A stretch of 63,131 nt of DNA, counting the filler, from Conidiobolus incongruus B7586 (lineage: Eukaryota), in the NCBI GenBank assembly GCA_000697335.1. It is 8 parts of 8 records of this genome, joined end to end, with 100 filler letters (N's around TTAATTAATTAA, not from the genome) between each part and the next. Parts side by side here need not be neighbours in the genome. Positions count along the whole stretch, not along the records: positions 25,144 to 32,167 come from JNEM01006585.1; positions 32,268 to 39,634 come from JNEM01006586.1; positions 39,735 to 48,497 come from JNEM01006587.1; 5 more parts are not named here. One strand, given 5' to 3'. A program made the translations under genes and the position numbers. How positions within the stretch are numbered: the stretch's first letter is position 1; each line of letters starts with the position of its first letter. This document shows positions 26,825 to 41,809 of the stretch, piece by piece. Below the pieces are notes generated by a model. That model worked only from the letters and a program-made list of their open reading frames with translations. It ran no database searches and had not been told where the DNA came from.

Positions 26825-27650
26825 ATTTATTTTTCGAATGACTAATAATTTCTTTTCTTTCCTTATTTATATATTTATCAATATATAACCTGATTAAGCT
26901 TGACTTAAGTTTGTAATTTTGACCTTATATCCACTATATATATTTCGAAACAAACTATTTTATTAAAAACCTTTTATCCCGATAACATAATGCTTATCAT
27001 TACACTTTAATTTTCTCAATTTGATAAAAAATATTATTTATTCACCATATAATTCTCTTTAAACAAAATTTAAATCATTTAACAAGAATAATTTAAACTC
27101 AAATGAAAATTAATTGACACAATCCCCCCCAAAAATTTATATATTCATTAATAATGAGTACAAATTTATTGATTTAATTAAAATACAATTTTTTTAATGT
27201 TTTGATTGAAAATTTTCAATTTGGAATAGTTGATTATTACAATTTTTAAAAATATTCAAAATTTTAAGGTTTATGATAATATATCCTACTCATTATTAAA
27301 ATTAAAATTCTCATAAACTTTGTATAATGATAACCTTTTATTAATAAAACAAAAATATATAAAAATAATTTTTTTAATTATTTGAGAGATGAATATAATG
27401 AATAATGTAAGCTAATGATCGAGGAGTATAGAAGCGTTTAGATTAATTACAAATTTGAAATTTTAATGGCTTAATTCAGAGTAATTTGGTTAGTATGAAA
27501 AAATAATGTGAGTTGTAGTTTTTGGTTTAGGGAAACTGGGGTCATTTGACATGCATTTTTAGTCAATAGTGTAATTAAGGATTGAACTATGTGCATATTG
27601 ACTGATAGTTCCGGCCATCTAAATTAATCATAATAATCATTATTTTACAT

Positions 27651-29189
27651 CTAGTTACATGCGCGACATGTAAAGAAAGATACCACTTTCTGAACGCTTG
27701 ATTCGTTTTGACCTCGGTCATCATTCCGGCCATTATGATTTCTCATGGCATGAGGACTGTAGTCTCTAGCATGCTCACTCAGCCTATGTGGGCTAGATGG
27801 CTTGCCCATTGAATGACTCATATTGGGGTCAGTAGTCATCATAGGTGGTACTGGTTGCAGAGTAGCTGATGTGTTGTTAGTATGAGTTTGTTGAGGGTAT
27901 TCCGGCGTTCTTGGTGTTTGCAAAGATGGACGTAAAACGTGTGTAGAATTGCCGAGATGGGGTAACATTGAAACCATTTGGCTGTTGGCTTCATTACTGC
28001 GACTTCCAGGAGTGAGGGGCTCAGTATTGATAGGATGCTTGGGAGGCAATGAGTTGATCTTAAGTTTGGGTGGAGATGGAGAATTACCCACCATCCAGTC
28101 ATAAACACCGTCATCGGGGATATTCAAATCGATCAAGACTTGAGTGAATAATTGTCTGTAGCCATCATAATCGGGTGTCTCTTCGAAAGCTAAACTACGG
28201 ACTTTCTTGAGGTAAATACCAAACTCTTTGGGATGACCTTGACATAGTTCACTAATTGCTGTCGTCTGCTTTTTTTCACCAATTTTTTCATATTTTTGCT
28301 TATTAGTGGCTGCTTTAAGTCCTTGCCAAGGGAGTGACCCACGGATAAAGTACATGAAAACGTGACCCAAAGCTTCTAAGTCGTCTCTGCGAGACTGCTC
28401 TCGTCCTAAATGAGTATTAATGCTCATATAACGAGCAGTACCACTCAAGCTCTTTCTCTCCCTATAAGGAATATGTTGCTTGGTTTTGGGATCTCTATAG
28501 AATTTAGCCATACCAAAGTCTACCATAAATACTTGGTTTGGTTTTTTAGAGCTAGGGTGGCTTATTAAAAAGTTATCAGGTTTAATATCCCGATAAATTA
28601 AATTTTTTTCGTGAACATTTTGAACGAGAGTGATCATATGTCTAGCTAAAGTACACACAGTTTTGATAGAAAATTTACGTTGACAAAGGTCAAAACAATC
28701 TTCTAAACTTGGACCTAAAAGGTCAAGACAAAGAATGTTATGTTGACCCTCGGAACCAAAATAATAAATACCAGGAATACCTTCTAAATAAATTAGAGGA
28801 TTAGAACAAATTAAAGGTATTAATTTAAGAAATAAAGTTACCAATTCCTTGAAGGAGTTTATATGTACGATATTCATCTTTTAATTGAGGAGCTTCACTC
28901 TTTTTTGATTCCTATAAAAAATAATTAATAATGAATATAATATATATGATATAAAATTCACTTACAAACTTAATAGCTATCTTTTGCTGATTAAGTAAAT
29001 TAACACCTAGTAAACTTAAGTTAATTAAATTTTAAATAATAAATGAAAGAAATTACCTTCATAAATGACACCAAAACTACCTTGACCAATTTTTTTACCA
29101 ACACGATAATGAACACCTACAATATTGGGGGAAGCATTTAAACCCTGACTAATAACATGACTGGTGTGGTGAGGTCTATTATTAGGCAT
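27651..29189 (-). CDS. Casein kinase I, Yck1/2 (CK1-gamma) type, 4 exons (29189-29057, 29006-28966, 28911-28842, 28783-27651)
   Basis: [56 protein letters not shown]. Cys-containing C-terminus FFTCRACN. Confidence 0.95.
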
Positions 29190-32100
29190 ATTGAATAGGA
29201 TGAGAGGAGTGTTGGGATGAATAAATAAAGCGAGTCAAGATGTGGGAATGAGTTAAAGAGATAAAGTGGGTTAAATGGATCAGATTTAAGGGGAATAAGG
29301 AATTCAATTGAATTCAACCGACAGTAACAAATTTTTATTGATGAAAAGAAATAAAATTGAATGAAAATGGGATTTTGACAAGAGTCTCCAATGCACTAAT
29401 TAAGATTAAATAATTAGAGTGATTTCAATTTCATGGAGATAATTGTGCCTAATACCTATAGATTCTCTCCAAATATCTATATATATTTGTTAAACTATTC
29501 AATTTTTATTATTTATCAAATTATAATATTTTTCATATCCATTAATAAGATATAACTGTTCATTTTTAGCTATTGTGAATATTCAAATATAATCCAGGAA
29601 TGATTTATATTATATGAAATAACATTGCAAAAGCTCAATTATTGTATCCCGATTTCTTCATTAAATATAGAAAACCAGGTTCTAACGATACACATTGAAT
29701 CAATGATCCTTAACCTTAAATTAAGTTAAATTGATGTGTTTACACTCACTTTTTATTACTTCAAATAAAATAGGCCTGAAATACTTTCAATTAACCAAAT
29801 ATGTTATATTCCATCGTTTTTGTTTTAATTTGAACCTTATTCAACAATAGATCAAATTTTTTACTTTTTCCAAGCAAAATATTTTATTCATAAAGAAAAT
29901 GAAAAAACTGACCAATTGTAATAAAATACTCGGACTTTATGGATGTTTTATCCTCCTATTGACATGATTGGCTGATTTCCTAATAAATCAAGTATTTCCA
30001 ACCAATCAACCCTGATTTAAATAATTAGTCAAATTCAAAGTTGATTGACTTAAAACATTAGCTTACCTTTTGGTAATATCCCATTTGGCCCTTCTAATTC
30101 ATAAAAAATTCAAAGAATTAGTGAAATCATAAACTTGTCTAAATAAAGTCTTAGGGAGGATTAATAAAGAACTGAATCAAAATGAAAGTTTTAAATATAG
30201 ACGATTGTAATTAGTATAAGTACCATTATGATAAAAGTTAAAGAAAATATCCATTAAATATTGAAATTGATTATTTTCTTCACTAATTGTTAAACAAGCT
30301 GATTTAAGTAGGTATCATCCGATTTTATTCTCATTGGACCTTTGAGAAAAAACTGGTTCTAATTCAAAGGTGACAATTTGATTGTATTATATCCATGAGT
30401 TTATCAATTACAATTCAATTTTATACACTATGTTTTATAAGACTACTAGATCGTTTTAAATATTAAATTATTTTTATTTCTGACTTTTAATCAAAATAAC
30501 ATAATAATATATTTTCAGCCTTTTTCAGATTATTTTCACATTAACAGGAGGTTTATTATTTCTATCCAATTTATTTTTAACTTTTAATAGGATTTTTTGT
30601 AGATTTAATTAAAAAAAATTAATTTAATCTTATTTCTATTATTATTAACTTATTTATCAGAATCAAGTGGATTAAAAAATCTAAAAATATATAATGAATT
30701 TAAATAATTTATTATTTTGAAATTATTGAATTCTAAATATTGGTGATATTATAGCTAGGGTAGATAATTTTATATGATTATATGATTATTGATGATAACA
30801 TTATCATAAAAAAATCTTTATACTTTGAATAAATATAATCTTTGAATCCCCAGATATAATGAATAATGTTCAACATTTTCGAATAAATTATAGCAAAATT
30901 TATTTGATTCAACCATATCTTTGTGAGAAAATAAATTGCTAAATCAATTAATAATTGTTATTAATATGTTTTTCATTTTTAATTCATTAGTTTTCAAATT
31001 ATATAAAATCTCAACATATTGAACCCTAATATAGTCACCAGTTACAAAACTATATAATATTTCAAATAAAATTTATTCGATATATAATAAAATAGTTAAG
31101 TGTATATTTTCATTTGATTTATAAATTCAAATATTAAAAATTTTTGTTAATTTACAAATTATATGCTATTATAGTAGGTATAAAAATTTCTCCCTTAGTT
31201 TAAACTAATTTTTGTATACAACAAATTATTTTGAATAAAATAGGCACCTTTCTATATGAAATAGATGTTTATTAATGAATTTATTAAATTTAAATTTCTT
31301 TTCAATAATGCTTTATACAGTTTTCAGATACACACATTTTGATTACATTGAATTAATTTCTGATATATACATAATATATTCTATATCAACATAAAGCTAC
31401 AGTTATATATATATATTCATTCAATATGCACTTAATTACATTGATTCCTCTCAGACTTCTCAAAGTTATTAATGTTTATTTAGAGGTCAATTAGCATAAA
31501 TAATTATAAATGTGATTATATTTTAATATTTACTGAATAATAATATTTCTGTTTAAAAGTTGATTTATATATTTCATTATTATATAATATTCATATTATA
31601 ACATAATAATATATATTTATGATATTTGTATATATACGAGGAAATAAACTTTTAGTGCTTAAATAAAAAATCTCAAATGATAGATATGATTTTAACATTA
31701 AGTAATGGTAAGTTAATGAATTTCACCATAAAAGATGAAAATAACTTATTATAGCTTAGATTCCTTGGTTAAATTAAATATTTTATATTTGATATAATTC
31801 AATGTTATTTGTGAAAATTATAAGAAAATATAAAAATATCATATTTTTGGAATAAATATAATTAGTTAATAAGTTTAATTCAATGTTATAATTGACTTAT
31901 AAAATTAAAGGCAAGTTTTTTTTAAATAGTGATAAAATCAACTAATTTATAAAAACATGATTTTTAAAATAACTTTGATTAAAACATAATAATTTTATAT
32001 TATTAAATGATTAACAAAATTATCCTTTATTAAATATGCTTATATATAATATATAAAGTTAAATAATTTTTATGTTTTAATATCATTAGTTATAACCATA

Positions 32101-33664
32101 TAATCTTTTTAATAACGAGTTTTATTAATCATAATATAATATTGATAAAATATTTTATATATTTACTNNNNNNNNNNNNNNNNNNNNNNNNNNNNNNNNN
32201 NNNNNNNNNNNTTAATTAATTAANNNNNNNNNNNNNNNNNNNNNNNNNNNNNNNNNNNNNNNNNNNNTTTATAATCTTGGTTTTATTAAATTATATAAAA
32301 TATTCATATAATTTAAAAATAAAAGTATTTTATTTATTTTATCTATATACCAAGTTATAATAATTAAAATAATGATATTATAAATAAAAAATAATATTGA
32401 TATATATGTATATAGAAATAATAAATTTATATTTGATATAATATATAATATTAATTTATACTTGAAATAAGTTAATTTTACCAAGATATATTTAATCTTT
32501 AAAATGATTAATAAATAAAATAAATATTTATTATATTTTCCTAAAAAATTAACATTACTTGAATTGATAATAGGGTTTATTAATTGATACTTTATTAACA
32601 AGCCAAAAACATGTAAATAAAATAGTAATAATTATTCTGCAAGGCATACAATAGATATCAATTGATATATCTTTAAGTTATGTTTTAACTAGATAATTAT
32701 TCTAAAAAGCGATTGGGAATTGATTATGTATAAATATATAAATGATGTTATTAATAAGTTTTCATATTATTAATATAAATATATTCTCAAAATTTATTTA
32801 TTAATAAGTGTTATTAGTTATTGGGAAATTGAAGATAATACTAGTTTGAAGTATATGATTAAAAAATTGACTTAATTGTCAACTTAATAAAATAAAAAAT
32901 TACTATTTTGAACTTAACCCATTTGATTACCCTAAAATATTTTCATTAAAATAATTTGAATATTATTAGACCAATTAAATTCAGACTTTACAAACTTTAA
33001 ATTCCAATCAACATATTTCAAATGAACAACAATTATATAATAATAACATTGATAATCATTTTAAAGTAAATATTAAAACGAAATTATTATGTATATTGCA
33101 GCTTGATTTCATTATTCCATATTTAAAATATTGTATTTTGTAATCAATTAACCTCTTATTAAAATGAATTGAATTTTAATAAAAATTAGATTTGCACCAT
33201 TTAACATAGTGACAAAATTAAAAAGAATGTAATCAAATCTTTCAAATATTCAAAAATTCTAATTTATATAATTATAAAAAATAGTTTAAGGAAATATATG
33301 ATCAAGATTCGACTTAAATATTTAAATATATAAGATTATTAATATTTTTGAAGAATAGATAATTATTACCTTACTCCTGTTTAAGTCAAATAATCTAATC
33401 TTATCTAATCTTTAAATAGTTAAATTTATAATCAAATCAGTCAAATTGAGTAAAATTCAAGTCCATAGTAATCATTAAATCATGTGAATTAAAACCCACA
33501 AACATCCAAATTAATGCAATTAATCATTGAGTATAAATAACAAACCGAAGACAATTGTTGCTTGAATTTTTTTAAAGGGTTGTCAATGCTTTATATTAAT
33601 TAACGAGTTTTTATAAATTTATTGTTTTATCTGGATTATTGATTGATTAATTAATAGAGAGAGG

Positions 33665-34330
33665 ATGGCAGCAACCAAACACGATTTGATTTGGAGAGAT
33701 ACTCGAAAATTGATTAATAGTCACGATTGGGTGTCTTCGTCCTCGAGTATCGCTTCGAGTAGTGCCAACCAACCGTCGCTAGACTCTCGCCAATCCTTCA
33801 AGTCTCACAATCGAGTCACTGCGGAGGAGGAGGACGATTCTATAAAGTGGATCGATTCCCATTTGAAAAAGTTTACCATCAATCATGAAGTCCTTAACCC
33901 TTCCTTGATAAATTCTAGTAATCCTACAGCTAATTTAAAGTCACATAGTAGTCATACTGTAGAGCCATCAGTCACAACTTATAAACAACTACCTAACCTA
34001 GTCGCTGATTTCGAAATGGAACAAGCCTGGAACGATCCAACAGTTCGTGATAATCTCGTCTCATCGTACCACCCATATCACCACCATCACAGCCACGAAC
34101 CCAACTACCGAAACCAACGACCCCAACCCTTTCAATCCGAGCCACTCGTGATCACAACGAGTCAGTCGGATATTGAACTCGCAGCTGACGAAATTTACGA
34201 CTATCACCTACCTCAACTTCAGAAGCGGCAACAAACAGCCAGTGCAATGAAGGCATCATCCACTTCTGACGACCTGAAACTCTCGGCGTTTCTGCGATTG
34301 CTGAGACTTAAAAATCAATTAATTGGTTAG
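33665..34330 (+). CDS. Hypothetical, largely disordered protein (221 aa)
   Basis: Intact GC-elevated ORF in an AT-rich background with no recognisable domain. Confidence 0.7.
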   Translation: MAATKHDLIWRDTRKLINSHDWVSSSSSIASSSANQPSLDSRQSFKSHNRVTAEEEDDSIKWIDSHLKKFTINHEVLNPSLINSSNPTANLKSHSSHTVEPSVTTYKQLPNLVADFEMEQAWNDPTVRDNLVSSYHPYHHHHSHEPNYRNQRPQPFQSEPLVITTSQSDIELAADEIYDYHLPQLQKRQQTASAMKASSTSDDLKLSAFLRLLRLKNQLIG

Positions 34331-35695
34331 TCTTCAATAACCCTGAAAATCGTTGCTCGATTATTTAGCATTTGATATTCATTCCAGTGAGAATTTTCAC
34401 ATGATATTAAGTAATTTTAGGTGGTGAAAAAAAATTAACATTGTAATCAGTTATAAGTTCATAATAATATAATACAATATAATTTCTATTCCAAATTATT
34501 TAATACTATTAATCAATTAATTAACTAATAACTATATTTAATTTAAATTCATAAGTTTTTGATAATCTAATCATTTACTACGATGAAATACAATTGTTGG
34601 GTTCTAAAAGCCTAAAGTTGGCCACATTTATCCAATTGTAATTCTTGATTATTTGATACTTAATTTGGTATAATTCAAAATTTCAAAGAAAATGAATAGT
34701 TGATAAATTTGTCAAATGACTCATTTGGAGTGGTAATTAAAGTTAAATTGTTGAGGAGGGGTTTGAGAATAATTGAATGAAGTAAGGTGCTTAAAGGCAG
34801 CAGTGAAATTTACTCTCTCTAAATCTAACTTTTGTCATGATGGTTATGTTAATAATGAAATTGTGATTAAATAACCAAATAATCATCAATTATCTCATAA
34901 TGATCTCTTTTTTTTAAATATTGCTGAATTTTTTTGGATCTCATTCGAAAAATGATAATCCAATGAAAATATTAACTCATTGATTTTAAAATCTACCTTG
35001 ATTATTAATAATGGATAACAATTTTAAGTTGACTAATGATTAGGATAAGGTTTAAAATTTAATAATTCTTAGTGTATTATATAATATTTGATATATTTAA
35101 GTGAATTCAATATTAGAAAATGATGAAATTAAATTTAATAGCAGTGATTATTTTTTTGCTTAATATGGTTTTTAATGGATTGACGTGAATTTAAGTCAAA
35201 TCTTCTTGACTTTAAAGCTAAAAATTAATTTTTTAATATAAAATTAATGAATTTTTAATAATCAAATCAATGAATTTATTTTTAAAAATAAATTTCAATG
35301 ATGAATATTAAAAATATATCAAATTCAAAATCCTTCGATAACCTGTGATTTATTATAGCATTTTCCAAATTGATAATACATTTTTTTTAATTTTTCATTG
35401 ATAAATTCCCAATATACTATTAAAAAAACTAATGGTTCAAAAAAATAATAAAAAATTATTAATATAAAATATATTGATAAAATTTGAATTTTACAAAGTT
35501 AGATAACCAAATTAAATTAAAAATTCAATATTGTATTAAGTGAATAATATATACTATATTGGCAAATTGATACATTTCAAAGTTTAATATTGTAAAATAG
35601 AATTAAAAAAAATACTGATTTAATAATTGAATATAATATAAATAACTATGATATTTATTAAACCAACATTTAAAAAAATATATACCCAGTTCCTA

Positions 35696-37946
35696 CTAAT
35701 TCTTCTTTTTTCTATAATGTCTTGTATCTGTAGGAGCAAATCCTGCTTCTTCAGAGCCAAATATCGCAAAGTCTGGGGTTTTGGCGCAGTAATCCAAACT
35801 CGTGAAAGGTTTACCAGAAGCTACCAAATCGTGAAACTTTTCGTAATCGATCCAAGTGTACCATCCGTCTTCCTTCAAGAATTTCTTATGGGTTAAAAGG
35901 ACTGAGCAAGAGTGAGCGTGCTCGCAAGAAATTTCGTAGTCGTCGTTTCCTAAAGCGTCGCGGATCAGTTTAACGAAGTGGACAACTTCTTGGTGGTAAG
36001 GGACCTAAATTATACATTAGTATGTAACAATGATGTAGAAATAATATATTATTTACGTTGGACATAGTTAATTCACTAGCTGGGGAGTAACCACAATAAG
36101 TAACACCTAAAAACATACATTGATACATATTCAAAAAATAAAATAAAATAAAATGTACCTTTAACTTCGATGAAATCAGGTTTACCACGATTAATCAATT
36201 CGGCATAATTTTGAATTTCATCAGTATTGAACTCTTTAACTAGAGTTAATCTATAAACAGTTCTTTGTCCCTATAACAGAATTACTAAATGTGAATCTCT
36301 ATTAAATAAGATGAGTTACCTTCTTGCCAATAGCATCCAAAGAACCCAAGAAACGTTCCCAGAAATCCTTGAAGAGGGGACGATCCACCTTCTTCAGACT
36401 TTCTTTGGTGCTGGCGTCAACACTCACATAGAGTTGGGTCACAGGTTCCATATCGCGGATCTTGTCGGGGAATTGGGCATTTGTAACCAAGAAACTAGAG
36501 ATTCTATGGGAGTGGAGTAATTTGACGAATTCGTTGATGTGGGGATACATGATGGGCTCACCAACAAGAGAGAGGGCACAGTGGCGGATGCGGAAAGCTT
36601 CCTCAAAACGTTCAGGGATCACGCCAGGTACACCACGCATCTGCTTGATCATTTGGTAGTGATTGGTCATGGCGCCTTCCAGGATGAATTCGGGACTGTC
36701 AATGTTCCAGCGCCATTCGGTACCCACGGGATTGGTGTGATGGCGCCAGCAGAATACACACTTGTTAGCACATGCTAAACTAGGGGTGGTTTCCATACAC
36801 AAGTGGGAGCGAATGCCGTAGAAAGCGTACTTGTAGCAGAATCCACGACCTCTGAGGGCGGATTTGGTCCAACGACAAAGCTTAACACCAGAGTGCGTAC
36901 CAATGACTTTATAACCTTGCTTGGTGAGAGATTTGTGAAGCATAGGATTAACCATGTCACGAGGCTTGCGAACCTTTACTTCACCTTCGCCAACGTAACG
37001 CTTGGGACGAGCATTAGCAGAAACCATAGCTTCCATATCATCCTCTCTCTCCTGACGCGACTTTTGAATCTTTTGAGCTACATTACCCATATCTTCTAAA
37101 TCAACCATTTCACCATCGGAACCAAAGTTAAGCTCAGCTTCGTCAACTTCCTCCTCATCACTCTCGTAAAGATATTCATCCTCTTCAGGGATATCAACAC
37201 GAGCCTGAACTTTGAGGGCAGCAGGTAGTTTCAAATTCCATTCCTTAAAACTCTGTTCTGGATCCGCATTCTTATCACCAGTACCCACGTAATAAATATT
37301 CTTAGCACCATTCAACTTCAACAACTTATTCAACTGTTTGCCAGCGAAATTGAATTCCTCCCCGTAAGCAGAGTCTCCAAGTCCGAAAATAGCATAACTT
37401 AAATGACTGAGAGCGTCCTTACCAATTCTGAAATCGTCCTTAGCTTCTTCTAACCATTTTAGGAGCCAGTCCAAAGGATTAGCAACATTGTAACTGGCTA
37501 CGATAAATACTAGGATATCCTTTTCGTTCAGAAGGTTTTCGGGTTCATAATCCTGAATATTTAGGTATTGAGTCTTGAAATCCAACAAAGATTTTTGCGT
37601 TTGGTTGGCAAAATTTTTGGCTGTATTGGTTACACCACTGTAAATTACTTTTACATTTAACTAAAGCATAATTATAGAATGGTTATAAGTTGAATAAGTG
37701 TTCGATTACCTTCATGGTGCCACAACAACTCGTCACTTCGTTATCATTCTGACAACATTTGTCACCACCTTTACCACCACAGCATTGTTTTGATTCAGTT
37801 CCCTTTTCACTCGAGGGTGCTGTAGATTTTGTCAAAGGAATTGGGTTATTTAATAAATACCAACCCAACCCTCCAGCAAGTAATAAACCAGCTGAAATTA
37901 GTAAAAAATTTTTGGTAAACTGACTGTCTATAGATGATGTACTCAT
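35696..37946 (-). CDS. TYW1: tRNA wybutosine-synthesising radical SAM enzyme, multi-exon
   Basis: N-terminal TM, flavodoxin domain (YAIFGLGDSAY), HSGVKLCRWTK, CANKCVFCWRH, SLVGEP, KGVTYCG, C-terminal WYTWIDY...FAP.DTRHYR. Confidence 0.95.
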
Positions 37947-39336
37947 TATTATATATATATTATTTATTATTAATTTTAATCTATTAAAATTTTCTATTGT
38001 TTTTAATAATAAATAAAAATATAGGTATTCAATAAAAGAAAGAAACTCAAATGGATCAATTTTAAATGATTAAATTATGGGAATATCTAGTATTGGTTAT
38101 TTGTTGGGGAATTTCAAATGAAGAATTGGGCAAATATTAAACTGAGGTTCAATAAAAAAAATTGTAGATTCAATGTCATTTTGTGTAATAAACTAATTAA
38201 TTAATATATGTTCTAGTTTGATTCCATAGAATTGAATTATAATAATAAGAGTAAAATAAGGAGTGTTTATGAAGTTCTGATGCAAAAATAAAACGCACAA
38301 TATGACATACGAAATTCTAAATTATAAAATTCATGTTGGTTGAGATATTGATTAATAGTTTCAAATTATAGAAAAATATTTAGAATACGGCACTATATAT
38401 ATTATTATTTACGGTGATTGAGAATAAATTATTAAAATATTATTAATCATTAGTAACATAATCCTTGACTATAATAAACCATTAAACTCAATAAAATATT
38501 AAAACAATATCAAAAAAATTGAATCGAAAATATTTTTCGACAATGGAGTGTGAACTTAACAAATTCATCATTTATTCTGATGTGAACGGAGGTCAAAAAA
38601 TTGTAAAAAAAAGTTGAATAAATATATTATTTTCAAACTATAAAGCAAAAAGTCACTAAATCGTCCAAAATCATTGCTTTTGTAATAGTACTTACAATGC
38701 TAATAATGAAAATGGATGTTTTGTCAATATTAAGTTGATCCATAATATAATACTAAAATTTTGTCACTAATCCTTCTGAACATTATTTCATAGTCGTTGA
38801 GTCAATAAATTGTTAAATTAGTCAAATTCTCTTATGTTATACGTCGATATTTAGGACATTGATCTCCTTAATATCATATATCTGTCAATAACTTTAATAA
38901 TAAATCTTTAGTTTAATCAAAATAATCGCCTTTATCAAATATATATATTCTTGGCATATTAAATCAACTTTACCATTCAAAATTTAATAAATTGGATAAG
39001 TTTATAAGTAAAATATAGTTTTATTTGTTAAATATTGGTTGCAGATTATTGTCCAATTGAACTGTTCTTGATAATTGATAACATGACAAAATTTGATGAA
39101 ATGAATTTTAATCATCATTCACCAAATTCATTTTTTAACTTGATTCTCAAGTACAAATATTAACTCAAATTAAAAAATTTTATTCTTTTAATCTGTTATC
39201 ATTTTGAAATTAATAAATAGATATGTATCATTTATTCAATATAACTTTCTCTTTAAAGCATATTAAAAAATAAACTCTAACTTTAGTTACTTATCCCAAT
39301 AATTAGTTTATTTAATAATATAAATATTAAACTATA

Positions 39337-39634
39337 TATTAGCCTATAAAATAAGTCATAAAAAATTATAATAATATATATATTTTTTAATAATTTTATT
39401 AACTCTTAATCAAATAAGGAAAAATTAAATTATATAATCAACTGATATTATCTATCTATAATATAATATATTTAATTAAATTATATTAATATTTGGTTTA
39501 TATATTAAAATTTAATATTTATTTAAAATAAGTTATAAATTTATGGGTTTTGGTTATAAAAAAAATTAAAACATGATAAATCTACTTTTTGATTTTTTAA
39601 TCTTTTTAAGTTTATAAGTTATAAAATAATTTCT
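39337..39634 (-). mobile_element. Terminal fragment of the Tc1 element family, cut by a gap
   Basis: tattagcctataaaataagtcata matches the TIR at 48830, and similarity continues for ~300 bp. Confidence 0.7.
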
Positions 39635-39734
39635 NNNNNNNNNNNNNNNNNNNNNNNNNNNNNNNNNNNNNNNNNNNNTTAATTAATTAANNNNNNNNNN
39701 NNNNNNNNNNNNNNNNNNNNNNNNNNNNNNNNNN

Positions 39735-39794
39735 ATTCAAATGTTTATTTATTTTTAATCGCAAAAAATTCCCATTATTAAAAATGCAGAGTAA
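39735..39794 (+). mobile_element. Mariner right terminus (well-preserved TIR)
   Basis: gcaaaaaattcccattattaaaaatgcagagtaa followed by TA. Confidence 0.7.
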
Positions 39795-40386
39795 TATTAT
39801 ATACTAAATTCAAGATATTTATCATAAAAAATTTAAAACTTTTCTAAAATATAATTTTACTATAAATATAAATATAATATAAAATTTATAAATAATAATT
39901 ATTAAGTTATATAACCATTGTATTTAATTTATTTTAATAAATTTTTAATAAGAGATACTTTTGATTCTTTTATTTAAATCAGAATATAAATTTATATTTT
40001 AAATTATAAATTGATAAAAATAAATTACAATAATATTAAAATATAGAGGAAAAGAGTATATACCAAATTATTCAAAGAATTATTTAAATAAAGCAAATGG
40101 AATAATTATATCTTATATTTATAAAACTTTAAATTATAGAAATAATATTATTAATATTATTTTTATATTTAACAAATCCTTTGAAAATTATTCTTAAGTT
40201 ATAGTTGCATAAACTTAATAATAGATGGAAATTTTATTATAATTTAATCTTTTGATATATTGACAGAATTTGAAATAGTTTCAAAAGTTAAAGGTTTAGT
40301 TTTAATAATATTAGATAAAGATTTTTTAATAATTACTATAATGATTAAGAATATATAATTTTTAAATTAAAATATTAAATCAAAAA

Positions 40387-40417
<31 letters not shown>

Positions 40418-40908
40418 GTTTAAAGTTATATTTTCATTTATTTATTTGGTATACAAATACAATTGGAAAAAAGTTTAATTATTTAATTTTGAAACTAATA
40501 GATTAGATATATTACTATATTTAATATAATAAATATATACTTAATAAATATTATAAAAATAATGCCAAAGCAAAATATTGGATTTTTTTTGAATGACATT
40601 TATTCAGGATATATTATATTATATTAACTTTAACTTAATATTTTTAAATTGTTATTAAAGTAGAATAGGATATATTTGTATTACTTGCATCAAAACAATG
40701 ATTTAAATTTATTTAAATAGAAGAAATTAATTGTAAAATTAATTTAATTATGAATCAACCCAAGATTTTTTTTCAAAAATCACCGTATATTAATTATTTT
40801 TAAATTTATCACCATTAATTATAAATCCCACAAATTTTAATATTTGTTTGGTTAATTAATATATAAGGAATAATCGTTCAAATAAAGTCTAAATTTGATC
40901 TTTAAATA

Positions 40909-41634
40909 ATGGAGCAATCATTAACAATCACAAAACAATATTTTTCAAATTTAACAGAAGTGAATAAAATAAAGAAAATTCTTCAATCCAAATGGAGTGA
41001 GCTCGGATTGAATCATTTTGAACATTATTTGGGTTTGGTAGAATATTTGACCTTGTATTTTGAACAACTCCCTAAGCCAGAGACATCTTACATATGTTTT
41101 ATGTTCATGACGTGTCATACATTGATTACTGACAAATTGGTCCCCATGGGTAAAGATATATGATGTGGATAATTTTTTCTTGAATTTAATGAGTGGTTAT
41201 ATTCCCAATCAAATTTTAAAATATTATTCTAAAATTTATAAATCTTGGACTAATAGTGTTTATAAAGAAGAAAATAATAAAAAGGACAAATTACCCAATA
41301 TTCCAATTGTAACTCAGTTAATTTGGGCAGAATGGCGAAATATTAATATTGGAATGAGTCTGTTTACTAAATTTTAATGTCTATTAATTTTCCAGATTTG
41401 ATCAATAATATAGCTCTGGTTAAAAGTTCTATTATTTACATGTCAATTCAATATGGTCTCTTGAATGATATTGCTTTAATCCACAAAGATAAAAATCCAT
41501 GTAAGACCAATTATTATCTTGAAATTGATCATAATCCCAAAAATCTTAACAATGAAGATGAAATGGTCCTCACAGTATCCAATCAATATCTATCCAATTT
41601 GAATATAGATATTAGTATGGAAATTAAAAAATGA
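40909..41634 (+). pseudogene. Frameshifted class I terpene synthase-like gene
   Basis: Three consecutive ORFs in shifting frames. NSE/DTE-like LLNDIALIHKD, an effector-like WRNINIG, and an eroded DDxxD position (LITDKLV). Confidence 0.5.
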
Positions 41635-41809
41635 CAAATTTTTTAATTTCTGATCTTTCAAACATATTATATATTTTGAAAGATTATTTATATATATATA
41701 ATATATATAGGAAAATAAATATTTTCAAACTATATATATATATTCAATTTTAATTATTTTTTTTTATTAAAATATTTTTATTTTAAAATTTATACTTAAA
41801 TTTAATCAT

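Noticed and set aside
32269..32601. I/L/N/K/Y-rich ORFs (also 14469, 18803, 44648, 53366)
   Set aside because: Low-complexity translations of extremely AT-rich DNA.
36311..37099. Several plus-strand ORFs over TYW1, and similar ones over the CLIP-170-like gene, CK1 and GH16
   Set aside because: Antisense or alternate-frame shadows of real coding exons.
37745..37790. Cys-Cys clusters in the TYW1 N-terminus
   Set aside because: A similar TM plus Cys-rich N-terminal region is, to my knowledge, already known in yeast Tyw1.
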